Positions 1 through 9,054 of a stretch of 64,000 nucleotides of DNA are shown here, piece after piece. The stretch comes from Actinomycetes bacterium. GTDB lineage: Bacteria > Actinomycetota > Acidimicrobiia > Spongiisociales > JAHEDJ01. The translations under genes and the position numbers were made by a program. The stretch spans positions 167,136-231,135 of the forward strand of contig JAHEDK010000002.1 in the NCBI GenBank assembly GCA_024641245.1, given 5' to 3'. Below the pieces are notes generated by a model. The model worked only from the letters and a program-made list of their open reading frames with translations. It searched no databases and was not told the origin of the DNA. Numbering within the stretch: the stretch's first letter is position 1; each line of letters begins with the position of its first letter.

Positions 1-816
1 GACGCCACACAGGTCGACATCGCTTTCATGGCGGAGTTGCAGCGCGACAACCGCAACCTCGGTGCGGAAGAGGTAACCCCGGCACTGCTGGCAATCCCCA
101 CCGACAAGCCACTCGTTGGAGATGCACAACACATCCTCAACGATTGGGCAACCATCGACGCCTACCAGCAGAGCGCTGATCTCCCGGGCGCCGCCTTGTA
201 TGCCGCGATATGGAGGAACGTGCTCCGGCTCACCTTCCACGACGAGATGCCGGAACGGTTCTGGCCAGACGGAGGCAGTCGCTGGTTCGAAGTGGTCAAC
301 AGCTTGCTCCGGCAACCGGCCAATGCCTGGTGGGACATAGCCTCCACCTCAGATGTGGAGGGTCGAGATGAGATCCTCGAGTTCGCCATCATCGCCGCGA
401 TGAACGAGTTGCGCGACGAACTCGGTGACGACCCGACTGAATGGCGATGGGGCGACCTGCACGAAGCGACCTTCCGGAATGCGACGTTCGGAGAGTCTGG
501 GATCCCTCCCCTGGAGTGGTTGTTCAATCGTGGCCCGTACGCAGTGGGCGGCGGCGGATCGATCGTTAACGCCACGAGTTGGAACGCCGCCGACGGCTAT
601 GAGGTCGTAGCACTGCCTTCGATGCGGATGATCGTCGATCTGTCCAACTTCGAGCGGTCGCGAACAGTCCACCCGACCGGTCAATCCGGGCACATCTACC
701 ACCCCCACTACATCGATATGGCAGAGTCATGGGTGCTCAACGACCTGCACCCGATGCATTGGGATCGCGGCTCGGTCGAAGCCGATGCGGAGGGAACGCT
801 GACGCTGAAGCCTTGA
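1..816 (+). CDS. penicillin acylase (Ntn-hydrolase) family protein, C-terminal ~270 aa; 5' end lies outside window
   Basis: Frame is open from nt 1; ORF 28..816 translation carries penicillin amidase C-terminal motifs (TFHDEMPERFWPDG..., SWVLNDLHPMHWDRG). Confidence 0.7.
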   Translation, partial: DATQVDIAFMAELQRDNRNLGAEEVTPALLAIPTDKPLVGDAQHILNDWATIDAYQQSADLPGAALYAAIWRNVLRLTFHDEMPERFWPDGGSRWFEVVNSLLRQPANAWWDIASTSDVEGRDEILEFAIIAAMNELRDELGDDPTEWRWGDLHEATFRNATFGESGIPPLEWLFNRGPYAVGGGGSIVNATSWNAADGYEVVALPSMRMIVDLSNFERSRTVHPTGQSGHIYHPHYIDMAESWVLNDLHPMHWDRGSVEADAEGTLTLKP

Positions 817-875
817 GAGCAGTAGGCAGTAGGCAATAGGCAACGGGTGTCTGGTGGATACGCGATACTGGGTGC

Positions 876-1748
876 GTGCGCGAGTACGAATCACCGAAGC
901 CGGCGGAACAGGAATACGGCACCTCGGACCTAGCCGACCGCCTCGACGCGATGAACATGGAGTCGGTCGAGCGGGTATTGCGGCGCGCGATACAGCTTCA
1001 GTTCGACGACGAGCACGGCCCGGACACGCTCAGTCCAGAACACATCGAGCGCATCGCCGGGGAGATCGGCATCGACCCTGCCCACGTCCGCCGGGCTCTC
1101 TTCGAAGAGGCCACCGCCTCCGAGCAAGTCGAAATGACACCTCTCGATCGGTTCCTGGCCCCGGTGCGCATGAAGGAACGCACCATGGTCGTGGGCGACC
1201 TCGCTGAGGTCACCAACACGGTCGACACCTGGCTCGAGAAGCACGAGGGGCTCCAGAAGCGGCGCCTGCACGGACGCGGGATCGTCTGGGAGAAGGATCC
1301 GTCGCCGGTCGCCTCGATTCGCATGGGACTCCACCTCGGCAAGGGCAGCGGAGCCTTGCGGGCGGTCGGACCGGTGACCCATCACGTTCACAGCGTCGAG
1401 CCCGGGAAGCATCTCGTCACGCTCGAAGCCGACACGAGCATCATCGGGAAGACTGCCAAAGGCCTCCTGGCGGCCGGCGCCGGATTGTCGGTTGTGCTGG
1501 CACTGGTGCTCGGCATCATGGGTGCCGGATGGGCCGCGCTTGGCGGCGCGGCGGTGGCGCTCGCCGTGTTCGGTGGCATAGCGGTCACCACGGCCAGACT
1601 GTGGTCCGGTCGCGTTCGCAACGGGCTCAAGCGTGCCCTCGACGCGATTCGCCTGCCGGACGTCAATCGTGTTCACGAATCGATCCTCGATCGGATCGAA
1701 CGGGCGCTCTCCACCGTTCGAGGGCGCGACACTCGCTCCAGGTATTGA
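876..1748 (+). CDS. hypothetical membrane protein (C-terminal Gly/Ala-rich TM segments)
   Basis: 290-aa ORF with two hydrophobic helices near the C-terminus; no recognisable family. Start could be an internal Met. Confidence 0.45.
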   Translation: MREYESPKPAEQEYGTSDLADRLDAMNMESVERVLRRAIQLQFDDEHGPDTLSPEHIERIAGEIGIDPAHVRRALFEEATASEQVEMTPLDRFLAPVRMKERTMVVGDLAEVTNTVDTWLEKHEGLQKRRLHGRGIVWEKDPSPVASIRMGLHLGKGSGALRAVGPVTHHVHSVEPGKHLVTLEADTSIIGKTAKGLLAAGAGLSVVLALVLGIMGAGWAALGGAAVALAVFGGIAVTTARLWSGRVRNGLKRALDAIRLPDVNRVHESILDRIERALSTVRGRDTRSRY

Positions 1749-1795
1749 GACCGAATCAGGCGGCGTACCATGGTGATAACAGAAAGGTCGTCGCC

Positions 1796-1876
1796 GTGAA
1801 GAAGCTACTCATCATCCTCGTCATAGGCGCCATCATTGCCCTCGTCATCAAGAAGGGCTGCGCCGACTCCACCTAG
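1796..1876 (+). CDS. possible 26-aa small hydrophobic peptide (VKKLLIILVIGAIIALVIKKGCADST)
   Basis: GTG start preceded by gaaagg 8 nt upstream; single TM-like stretch in an otherwise gene-free gap. Confidence 0.2.
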   Translation: MKKLLIILVIGAIIALVIKKGCADST

Positions 1877-2032
1877 CAGGGCTGCGAGGGAGACGCACGA
1901 GGTAACCGGCTCGAGTTCAGGAGACCGAGCATCGGGTTCTCACTGAGGTTCCGTGGAAGCCTGTTCACCACAACGTTGCCGGTCGAAGCACCGACCGGAA
2001 TCTCTCGAGACAGATGTGGGTTGACTCCCGAC

Positions 2033-2545
2033 ATGGACGAAAAGACACTTGCGGACTTCCGCCGCTCAAGAGACGAGTTCCTCGGCTCGAGCCGTCGGTC
2101 ACCCCTCCCTCGCCACCTGCGTCGTGACTTTGGCGGCCTGGACTACTTCGAGGGCAACGGTGCACTCGACCTCCATCTCGACTACCACCCGGTGGAGCCG
2201 ACTCCGGTCGAGATAGGAACATCGGACGGACACGTTCGTACGTACTATCGAGCTGCCAAGCTCAGCTTCAACATCGAAGGTGAGCCGGTCGAATTGACTG
2301 CGCTGCGCTCGCCCGGCCATCCCGGCCTATTCCTACCCTTCAGGGACGCTACCTCGGGTAGCGAGAGCTACGGGGCCGGACGCTACCTGGACCTCGAAGA
2401 CCCTGTCGACGGAAAGCTCCACGTCGACTTCAACCTGGCATACAACCCCTACTGCGCCTACTCAGATGACTACTCCTGCGCACTTCCACCCCATGAGAAC
2501 TGGCTGACGGTGCCCATCCGAGCCGGGGAGAGAAGCTTCAAGTAG
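2033..2545 (+). CDS. DUF1684 family protein
   Basis: Translation motifs ...GHPGLFLPFRDATSGSESYGAGRYLD..., CAYSDDYSC typical of DUF1684; start placed at the internal ATG (MDEKTL). Confidence 0.65.
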   Translation: MDEKTLADFRRSRDEFLGSSRRSPLPRHLRRDFGGLDYFEGNGALDLHLDYHPVEPTPVEIGTSDGHVRTYYRAAKLSFNIEGEPVELTALRSPGHPGLFLPFRDATSGSESYGAGRYLDLEDPVDGKLHVDFNLAYNPYCAYSDDYSCALPPHENWLTVPIRAGERSFK

Positions 2546-2718
2546 TGAAGCCACCTGCCATGTAGAGGGATATGAAGCAGAACAACGGCCGCGCCATACG
2601 TGACACGTGAGGGAATTCAACCGCATCACAACGCTGTCCGCGAAGTGATGGTGCTGGCGTGACCAACCCCCGCCGGAAAGCGTAGGGTGAATCGCGTCAC
2701 ACCTTGAGGAGGTAGACC

Positions 2719-3357
2719 ATGGTCACGTCTTCCGAGCCCTTCGCTGCTCGCCTGGACATCGACTACCCCGAAACGCTCGACAGGTTCACGACGTTCTTCC
2801 GGCTGATCTGGATCATCCCGATCGGTATCATCCTTTCCCTGCTCACCGCAACCGGCAACGAAACCGTGGCCGAGACCGGCGAACACATCGAACGGACGGG
2901 CCTCGGTATCACCGGAGGGCTCGCTCTCGCAACGATGCTGATGATCGTGTTTCGGATGCGGTACCCACGCTGGTGGTTTGACTTCGCTCGCGAGCTGACC
3001 CGCTTCGGAGCGCGGGTCGCTGCCTATTTCTTCTTGCTCACCGATCAGTACCCCTCGACCGTTGACGAGCAAGCGGTGCACCTCGAGATCGATTACCCCG
3101 ACGCGGAGCGAGACCTCAATCGCTGGCTGCCACTGGTGAAGTGGCTGCTGGCCATCCCCCACTACATCGTGCTCGCCGTACTGGCAGCCATCGGGATGGT
3201 CGTCTGGGTCATTGCCTGGTTCGCCATCCTCTTCACGGGACGCTATCCCCGCCCGCTCTTCGACTATCTGGTGGGCGTCGGCCGATGGGGACTGCGAGTG
3301 GAGGCGTACGCGTTCCTGCTGGTTACCGACGAATATCCGCCGTTCAGCCTCAAATAG
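2719..3357 (+). CDS. DUF4389 domain membrane protein
   Basis: Duplicated motif FFRLIWIIPIGII / LVKWLLAIPHYIVLAVL...GRYPRPLFDY typical of DUF4389; RBS gaggagg upstream. Confidence 0.65.
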   Translation: MVTSSEPFAARLDIDYPETLDRFTTFFRLIWIIPIGIILSLLTATGNETVAETGEHIERTGLGITGGLALATMLMIVFRMRYPRWWFDFARELTRFGARVAAYFFLLTDQYPSTVDEQAVHLEIDYPDAERDLNRWLPLVKWLLAIPHYIVLAVLAAIGMVVWVIAWFAILFTGRYPRPLFDYLVGVGRWGLRVEAYAFLLVTDEYPPFSLK

Positions 3358-4285
3358 GCCGTATCTCGCCCCTGTCGCGCCCGAGGAAGGCCTCAATGGC
3401 TCTGATCATGTGACCGGCATGCGTGAGGGGAGCTTCATGGCGAGCTCCGACCAGTTCCACCACCTCTGGATCGCGCAGCAGCGAGGCCAGTTCGTACTGG
3501 ATTTCGGGAAACATCAATTGATCCTCGGTGTTGATTATCACCAGGGCGGGTTGTTCCAGTTTGCCGATCCATGGGCGTGCATCGAAGCGGTTGACGGCTG
3601 CGCCTGCCAGCCAGTAGAGGTCGGGGTCCCGGTTCTGAAACTGCCAGTAGGCCCAGCGCAAGTGCCTGGGAAGCACCGCCCCGACGTTCGCAAGGTAGGC
3701 GGTTCTCGCCCGGGTGCCTTCGGACCTGCTGAGGCGATCGAAGGCCCTGGCCAGCACGATGACTCCCCCTCCCACGAATCGCTCGGCCGCCGAACGAGCA
3801 GGCCCGGCAGACGTGCCGGCCAGGATCAGCTTGTCGACTCGCTGTGGATGCCGGTGGGCCAGTTCGAGGGCGGCCAGTCCGCCCATCGAGTACCCGGCAA
3901 CGGAGGCCTGGTCGATTCCCAGCGCGGTCATGATGCCGGCCAGATCGTCGGCGAGGTCGGCGATCTCATAACGGGCTCGCAACAGATCCGACTTCCCGGT
4001 GTTCCGGCCGTCCGGCACGATCACCCGGTAGTTCTTGGCGAGCCTGCCGATCAACTTCCACCACACGACGAGACCATGATCCCCCCAGCCGTGGACGAGC
4101 ACCAGCGGCGGAGCTACCGGGTTGCCGGCCTCCCGAACGAAGAACTCATTGTCGCCGACGAACACAGACCGCCCGGGCAGGCGGAGCGGGTGTTCTTGCG
4201 CTTCGGCCGGTTTGAGTTGTGGCTCGGGGCCCAGAAGTCTCCAACCGGCCCACAACAAGATGAGCCGCTTCATCCAGCGCATCAT
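3350..4285 (-). CDS. alpha/beta-fold hydrolase
   Basis: HGWGDHG...GYSMGG nucleophile elbow and catalytic His near the C-terminus; N-terminal signal-like segment. Confidence 0.8.
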   Translation of the reverse strand: MMRWMKRLILLWAGWRLLGPEPQLKPAEAQEHPLRLPGRSVFVGDNEFFVREAGNPVAPPLVLVHGWGDHGLVVWWKLIGRLAKNYRVIVPDGRNTGKSDLLRARYEIADLADDLAGIMTALGIDQASVAGYSMGGLAALELAHRHPQRVDKLILAGTSAGPARSAAERFVGGGVIVLARAFDRLSRSEGTRARTAYLANVGAVLPRHLRWAYWQFQNRDPDLYWLAGAAVNRFDARPWIGKLEQPALVIINTEDQLMFPEIQYELASLLRDPEVVELVGARHEAPLTHAGHMIRAIEAFLGRDRGEIRPI

Positions 4286-4731
4286 CGTGGCCCGCCCAGC
4301 GCGTCGCGGGCAAACACGTACTCATCCACAGGCCGGCCTTCAATCAGGTGCTCCTGGATGATCCGTTCCATGACCTCGGTCGTGACCGACCGGTACCAGA
4401 CGCCATCCGGATAGACGACGGCGATGGGTCCTTGCTCACAGATGCGGAAGCAGTCGGCCTTGGTCCTCAGCGCCACGGCCCCCCCGTCGATTCTTCCGAC
4501 CGGGGGCGGTTCGCCCATCGACCCCCGCCACGGGGGAGGCGCACTCGCCAACTCCAGGTCCTTCATGCGCCGCTTCACGTACTCCCATACCCTCGATGAC
4601 TCCTCATACGTCGAGCAGCGCGGCGTCGTCTGTTCTGCGCACAGGAACAAGTGGCGGCGCAAACCGCCGATGGATAGTGCCGAGGCGATCTTCTGCAGCC
4701 GTTCGTCGAGATGAAGCGGTCGGTCACTCAT
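4282..4731 (-). CDS. thioredoxin-like [2Fe-2S] ferredoxin family protein
   Basis: Cys pattern [12 protein letters not shown] ... [20 protein letters not shown] typical of the (2Fe-2S) ferredoxin / NuoE-like fold; overlaps the hydrolase gene by 4 nt. Confidence 0.6.
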   Translation of the reverse strand: MSDRPLHLDERLQKIASALSIGGLRRHLFLCAEQTTPRCSTYEESSRVWEYVKRRMKDLELASAPPPWRGSMGEPPPVGRIDGGAVALRTKADCFRICEQGPIAVVYPDGVWYRSVTTEVMERIIQEHLIEGRPVDEYVFARDALGGPR

Positions 4732-4859
4732 GAGCCGTTCACGATACCGGGTTGACGGCGGGGCCTCGCCGGGTCTTGATGAAAAGCCGAGCGACTGACG
4801 GAGACGGTCGCGATCCGACCCGGCCGACTGCGCGGCCGATCGGTCTGATCGCAGCCCCT

Positions 4860-5906
4860 TCAGCTCAGGAGGCGGATGCCCGCTCCGGCCACGATTGACC
4901 CGATCACGGCCGCCGCTTCGGTCCGTTCGGCCTCGAGGGCAGCGAGAAGGAAGTCCAGACGATCGGGGTGGACCGAGATCAGCAGACCTCCCGACGTCTG
5001 TGCGTCGGCGAGTACATCTCTGAGTGGTGACCCGACGTCGCCGAAATCCACGTGATCGATCACGGCGGACATATTCCGTATGGACCCACCCGGCAGGATG
5101 CCCTGGGTGGCGAGGTCGAGCACCCCTTCGATCAGTGGAACCGAGGCGGCGTGGACCTCGGCGCCCACTTCCGCCGCCGATACCATCTCATGCAGATGGC
5201 CGAGCAGTCCGAAGCCGGTGACGTCCGTAGCCGCGTTGACCCCGACCGACGTCATGGCTCGGGCGGCCCCTTCATTGAGGGCGGCCATCACTTCGATGGC
5301 CCGCCTCTCCACCCCGGGATCCACACGGCCGTTCTTGATCGCTGTGGCGATGATGCCGGTACCCAGCGGTTTGGTCAGGACGAGTACATCGCCGGGTTGG
5401 GAGCCGGAGTTGGTGACGAGGCGGTCGGGCTCCACGATCCCGGTGATGGCAAAGCCGTACTTCGGTTCCGGATCGTCGATCGAGTGACCACCGACGAGCG
5501 TGCACCCCGCCAGTTCGAGCACAGCCGCGCCGCCGGCGATCACCTCTTCGAGCAAGTCGAAAGGCAGCGTGTCACGGGGCCATCCGACCAGCTGCAGGGC
5601 GGTGAGCGGAGTCCCTCCCATCGCGTACACGTCGGATAGGGCGTTGGCAGCCGCAATACGGCCCCAATCGTAAGGATCATCGACAACCGGGGTGAAGAAG
5701 TCGACCGTCTGGACGAGAGCCGTACCGCCGGGCTCGACGAACACGGCCGCATCGTCACTGGTCTCGAAGCCGACCAGGAGGTCCGGATGACGGGTGACCG
5801 GTGAGTTGCGCAAACGGCGCAGGACCTGCGCCAGCTCGTCAGAACCGAGCTTGCACGCTCAGCCGCTTCCGTGTGAGTACTGGGTCAGACGCGGTTTCAA
5901 GTCCAT
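4860..5906 (-). CDS. selD: selenide, water dikinase SelD; selenoprotein with in-frame UGA (Sec) at codon 16
   Basis: ORF track gives 4860..5813, but the frame continues upstream through a TGA at 5859-5861 (complement) to an ATG at 5904-5906 preceded by GGAGGTG. Read-through translation [29 protein letters not shown] matches the SelD N-terminal LTxYSHGxG(C/U)xCK motif. Confidence 0.85.
5816..5851 (-). promoter_or_regulatory. candidate SECIS hairpins downstream of the selD UGA
   Basis: mRNA stem AGCUCG/CGAGCU (loop GUUCUGA) starts 7 nt after the UGA; a second stem GGCGCA/UGCGCC follows. Confidence 0.35.
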
Positions 5907-6067
5907 CTTGGGCACCTCCTTCCTGGTCGCGAGCTGCTGGTCGCTCGTCAAGATGCCAGTTTGGCACGGCCCGGGAATACGGATGCCGTTTGCCTCTGGT
6001 CCCACTCGCTCGGTCTTGAGAAGCTGATCAGGTCATGTCGCCTTTTTCACGCGCTCGAGGCTCTCTC

Positions 6068-6553
6068 ATGGTGAAGGGAGAGTTGCAGGTGCAGGCAGAT
6101 GACGAGCAAGCCTTCACTCGTTTCGTCAAAGAGACGGAACCGCGGCTCTCCTATGCGCTGGCCGCCGCCTACGGGCCGGAGGTCGGCGCGGATGCAACCG
6201 CGGACGCCCTCACCTATGCGTGGGAGAACTGGGACAAGGTTCGGGTCATGAACAATCCAGCCGGCTATCTCTACCGGGTCGGCCAGAGCCGCTCTCGAAT
6301 CTACAGACGGCCACACCTGCTGTTTCCGGGCGTGGCGCCGTTGGAAATTCACGATGTGGAACCCGGACTACCCGGCGCACTCGAGTCCCTCACCCGCAAC
6401 CAGCGGGTGGCGGTAGTACTACTCAACGCACTCGAATGGACCGAGAACGAGGCCGCCGAGTTCCTCGGGGTCTCCCGTTCGACCGTTCGCACCCATGCAG
6501 AACGTGGAATGAACCGGCTGCGTGCCGCCCTGGAGGTGACCGTCGATGCCTGA
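6068..6553 (+). CDS. RNA polymerase sigma-70 factor, ECF subfamily
   Basis: Region 2 (DDEQAFTRFV...YALAAAYG) and region 4 HTH (AEFLGVSRSTVRTHAERGMNRLR); start placed at internal ATG 6068. Confidence 0.8.
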   Translation: MVKGELQVQADDEQAFTRFVKETEPRLSYALAAAYGPEVGADATADALTYAWENWDKVRVMNNPAGYLYRVGQSRSRIYRRPHLLFPGVAPLEIHDVEPGLPGALESLTRNQRVAVVLLNALEWTENEAAEFLGVSRSTVRTHAERGMNRLRAALEVTVDA

Positions 6554-7433
6554 CGTCGAAGTTCAACTGCGCACGTACTTCGATTCGAACGTCGAACGAA
6601 TCGACGCCGAAGATGTGGTAGCCGGAACTCGAGTCACCAGTCAGCTGAAGCGCTGGGACGTCCGGGCACGACACCCAATCCGGGTCGCTTCCGCATCTGC
6701 CGTGTTGATGACGGCCGCTATCGGCGCAGTCGCCGTCGGAGCCTGGGCGCTCGGGCGAGGGGGAAGCCGGATTGGAGAGGCCGTTACCACCCCCACTGCT
6801 GCACAACCGTTCGACACCATCGTCTGGCCCATATCGCTGATTGCCGCAGGCGTGGCGATTGCCGCGGCCGTTGTACTGATGACGAAGATGAGAAAGGGAA
6901 ACTCCATGGATACTCTGGAACGCCAAACACCCGAGGTGCGCATCGAGCACCTCCGCAAATCGAATCGCGGCCTGATAATCGCGCTGGTCGTGACAGTGCT
7001 GGCCCTGGCCGGCCTGGGCGGCTGGGTATTGTTCGACAAGGTGCTCGACACCGGCATCGAAGCCGACGTCCAGGCGCTGCTGGACGAGTTCCTCGCCAAC
7101 GCCAACGCGGGCGATCTCGAGGCGAACACCGATCTGTTCACATCCAGGGCGGCCTACATCGAGGGAGACGGCACCGTCTACCCGGCGCAGGACATCCCCG
7201 CGCACTGGGCAGACCTCGAAAGCCGCCTCGGGCAGTTCACCGGTGAGCAACTCGGTGATCCGCTGATCATCGAGGATCCCGATGCCAATCGCTACTTCGT
7301 TTCCATGCCGGGACAAGTCGGCTGGGGACGGGATCCCTACTTCAAGCACTTCCTGACGTTCGTCCTCACCGAGGTCGATGGGGAACTGAAGATCATCAGC
7401 CAGATGGTCAGTCCCCTCGACAACTGGCGCTAA
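6546..7433 (+). CDS. putative anti-sigma factor / membrane protein with C-terminal SnoaL-like (NTF2-like) domain
   Basis: Start overlaps the sigma-factor stop (ATGCCTGA); two TM helices; C-terminal ~130 aa resemble DUF4440/SnoaL-like folds. Confidence 0.5.
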   Translation: MPDVEVQLRTYFDSNVERIDAEDVVAGTRVTSQLKRWDVRARHPIRVASASAVLMTAAIGAVAVGAWALGRGGSRIGEAVTTPTAAQPFDTIVWPISLIAAGVAIAAAVVLMTKMRKGNSMDTLERQTPEVRIEHLRKSNRGLIIALVVTVLALAGLGGWVLFDKVLDTGIEADVQALLDEFLANANAGDLEANTDLFTSRAAYIEGDGTVYPAQDIPAHWADLESRLGQFTGEQLGDPLIIEDPDANRYFVSMPGQVGWGRDPYFKHFLTFVLTEVDGELKIISQMVSPLDNWR

Positions 7434-7439
7434 TCCGTC

Positions 7440-7474
7440 CAGAGCCCGGTGGAAGGGGGTCCACCGGGCTCTTC
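7440..7474 (+). terminator. intrinsic terminator-like hairpin (12-bp perfect stem gagcccggtgga/tccaccgggctc)
   Basis: Perfect inverted repeat immediately downstream of the stop at 7433, followed by ttctcgttctt. Confidence 0.5.
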
Positions 7475-7526
7475 TCGTTCTTGCGTCAGAGCCAGGCGCC
7501 ACGCGCCCAGAATTGACGCAAGAACG
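7469..7526. repeat. palindromic repeat element, copy A (arms TTCTTGCGTCA / TGACGCAAGAA, 25-nt GC-rich spacer)
   Basis: 19 nt (cttctcgttcttgcgtcag) are identical to copy D at 52819-52836; same architecture as copies at 51746-51795 and 52755-52871. Confidence 0.55.
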
Positions 7527-7538
7527 GTTAGGCGAGAG

Positions 7539-8456
7539 TCACCGGCCGGCGTCGAGCGGCACCTCCACCTCCGCTACCCCCCTCAGCTGAACCGACGCCA
7601 CCGCTCCCACGATCAGGACCATGCCGGCAATCTGAACAGAGGCCATCTTCTGGGCAAACATCATCCAGGCGGCGACGGCACCGATGACGGGTTCGGCCGT
7701 TGCGATGACGCCGACGAAGCCGGCGGAAGCTCGCCGCAATGCCTGGAGTTCGAGCATGAAGGGAATCGCCGTTCCGATGATGCCCAACCACGCCAACTCG
7801 ACCCAGACCCTCGGCGACAGGTCGGTCGGAAAGGACCACACCGGCTGAATTCCGGCCCACATCAGCGCCGAAATGGCGAACCCGTAGGCCATGATGCCTG
7901 ACGGCGGCATCGTTTGGCCGAGCCTCTCACCGATAATCAGATACGCGGCGAACGTCAGCGCTGCTGCCAACCCGGCCCCGACGCCGATGAGGTCGATGTC
8001 GGACACCCGCCACACCTCGGCAATGAGACCGGTCCCGATCAGCGCCACGTATGCCGCCCACCAGGTCGACCGACGAATGACTCTTCGTTCAACCCATCTC
8101 ATCCACAACAACACAACGATCGGCGCCAGGAACTGAAGTGTCATACCGGGCCCCACGCCGATGCGGTCGACCGCCTCGTAGTAAGCCGCGTTCACCGCCG
8201 TGAGACTCGCCCCGAACAGAAGCAACAGGGTCCACGAGGCTCGTGCATCCAGCTTTCCCCGAAACCACGCGTACGGCAGCAGTACGACAACGGCCACCAT
8301 CGCCCTCGACTGGGCTGCCCTCGCCGCGCTGATTTCGACGAGGGCGTCGCTGGCGATCGCACCGCTCACGCCGAAGAGCAGCGCGGCGGTAAACGCGTAC
8401 GCAAAGGCCGAACCTCGGATGTTTGTCTCGTGCACAGGGCTATCCTGCCCCGCCAT
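7539..8456 (-). CDS. EamA/DMT family transporter
   Basis: 10-TM profile with two EamA-like halves. Confidence 0.75.
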   Translation of the reverse strand: MAGQDSPVHETNIRGSAFAYAFTAALLFGVSGAIASDALVEISAARAAQSRAMVAVVVLLPYAWFRGKLDARASWTLLLLFGASLTAVNAAYYEAVDRIGVGPGMTLQFLAPIVVLLWMRWVERRVIRRSTWWAAYVALIGTGLIAEVWRVSDIDLIGVGAGLAAALTFAAYLIIGERLGQTMPPSGIMAYGFAISALMWAGIQPVWSFPTDLSPRVWVELAWLGIIGTAIPFMLELQALRRASAGFVGVIATAEPVIGAVAAWMMFAQKMASVQIAGMVLIVGAVASVQLRGVAEVEVPLDAGR

Positions 8457-8931
8457 GACCGATCAGACCACTTGGCTCACTCCTGCTGCACACAAGAAAC
8501 TCCAGGAGGAGTTCGAATCCCTCACCACCGAGGGCCGCATACACATCGAAGAACGCATCGCGGAAGCCCGCTCGCACGGCGACATCCGAGAGAATGCCGA
8601 CTACGACGCGGCGAAGAACGAACAGGGGATGATGGAAGCGCGGATTCGGCAACTGCGCCACCTGCTCGACACGGCCGAGATCCGTGAAGCCGAGGACAGT
8701 GGCGTTGTGCAGGTCGGCACGATCGTCACGGTCGTCGATTCAGATGGCAGTTCGACGGAGTATTTCGTCGCGCCGACCGAGAATCGAATCCCCGGGTTTC
8801 TGCTCGCCTCACCAACCGGACCGCTCGGAAGCGCTCTACTCGGTGCCGCGATCGGCGACCAGGTCAGCTATAAGGCCCCCGGCGGAACCTTCACCGTCAC
8901 AGTGGAAGCCGTTCGACCGTTCGAAAATTGA
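8455..8931 (+). CDS. greA: transcription elongation factor GreA
   Basis: Internal ATG of ORF 8200..8931 gives a 158-aa product: N-terminal coiled coil (IAEARSHGDIRENADYDAAKNEQ) and C-terminal FKBP-like domain. Confidence 0.85.
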   Translation: MTDQTTWLTPAAHKKLQEEFESLTTEGRIHIEERIAEARSHGDIRENADYDAAKNEQGMMEARIRQLRHLLDTAEIREAEDSGVVQVGTIVTVVDSDGSSTEYFVAPTENRIPGFLLASPTGPLGSALLGAAIGDQVSYKAPGGTFTVTVEAVRPFEN

Positions 8932-9054
8932 ATTACCGAGCGGTTCTAGGTTCCAACACTGCACGGAGAGATCCCCCGCCCAGGGTCAATTGCCAAGGGC
9001 CTCCTGCTGCCCGGTTAGCCTGAACCCGATCGACCCCGGCTTTGAGGCCCGCGT

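Noticed and set aside
818-860. gcagtaggcagtaggcaataggcaa short tandem repeat after the penicillin acylase stop
   Set aside because: It is a 3.5-unit heptamer repeat of uncertain significance, too short to call a feature.
4860-5906. Alternative reading of selD as a 5'-truncated gene or pseudogene with a genuine stop/frameshift
   Set aside because: The upstream frame is intact, begins with an RBS-preceded ATG, and the UGA falls exactly at the known Cys/Sec position of the SelD glycine-rich loop. Candidate SECIS hairpins follow. A Sec codon is the more economical explanation.
8932-9054. M-box (ykoK) Mg2+ riboswitch upstream of mgtE
   Set aside because: The 123-nt leader is shorter than a typical M-box, and I could not recognise the conserved M-box core sequences by eye. 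This cannot be confirmed without a covariance-model search.
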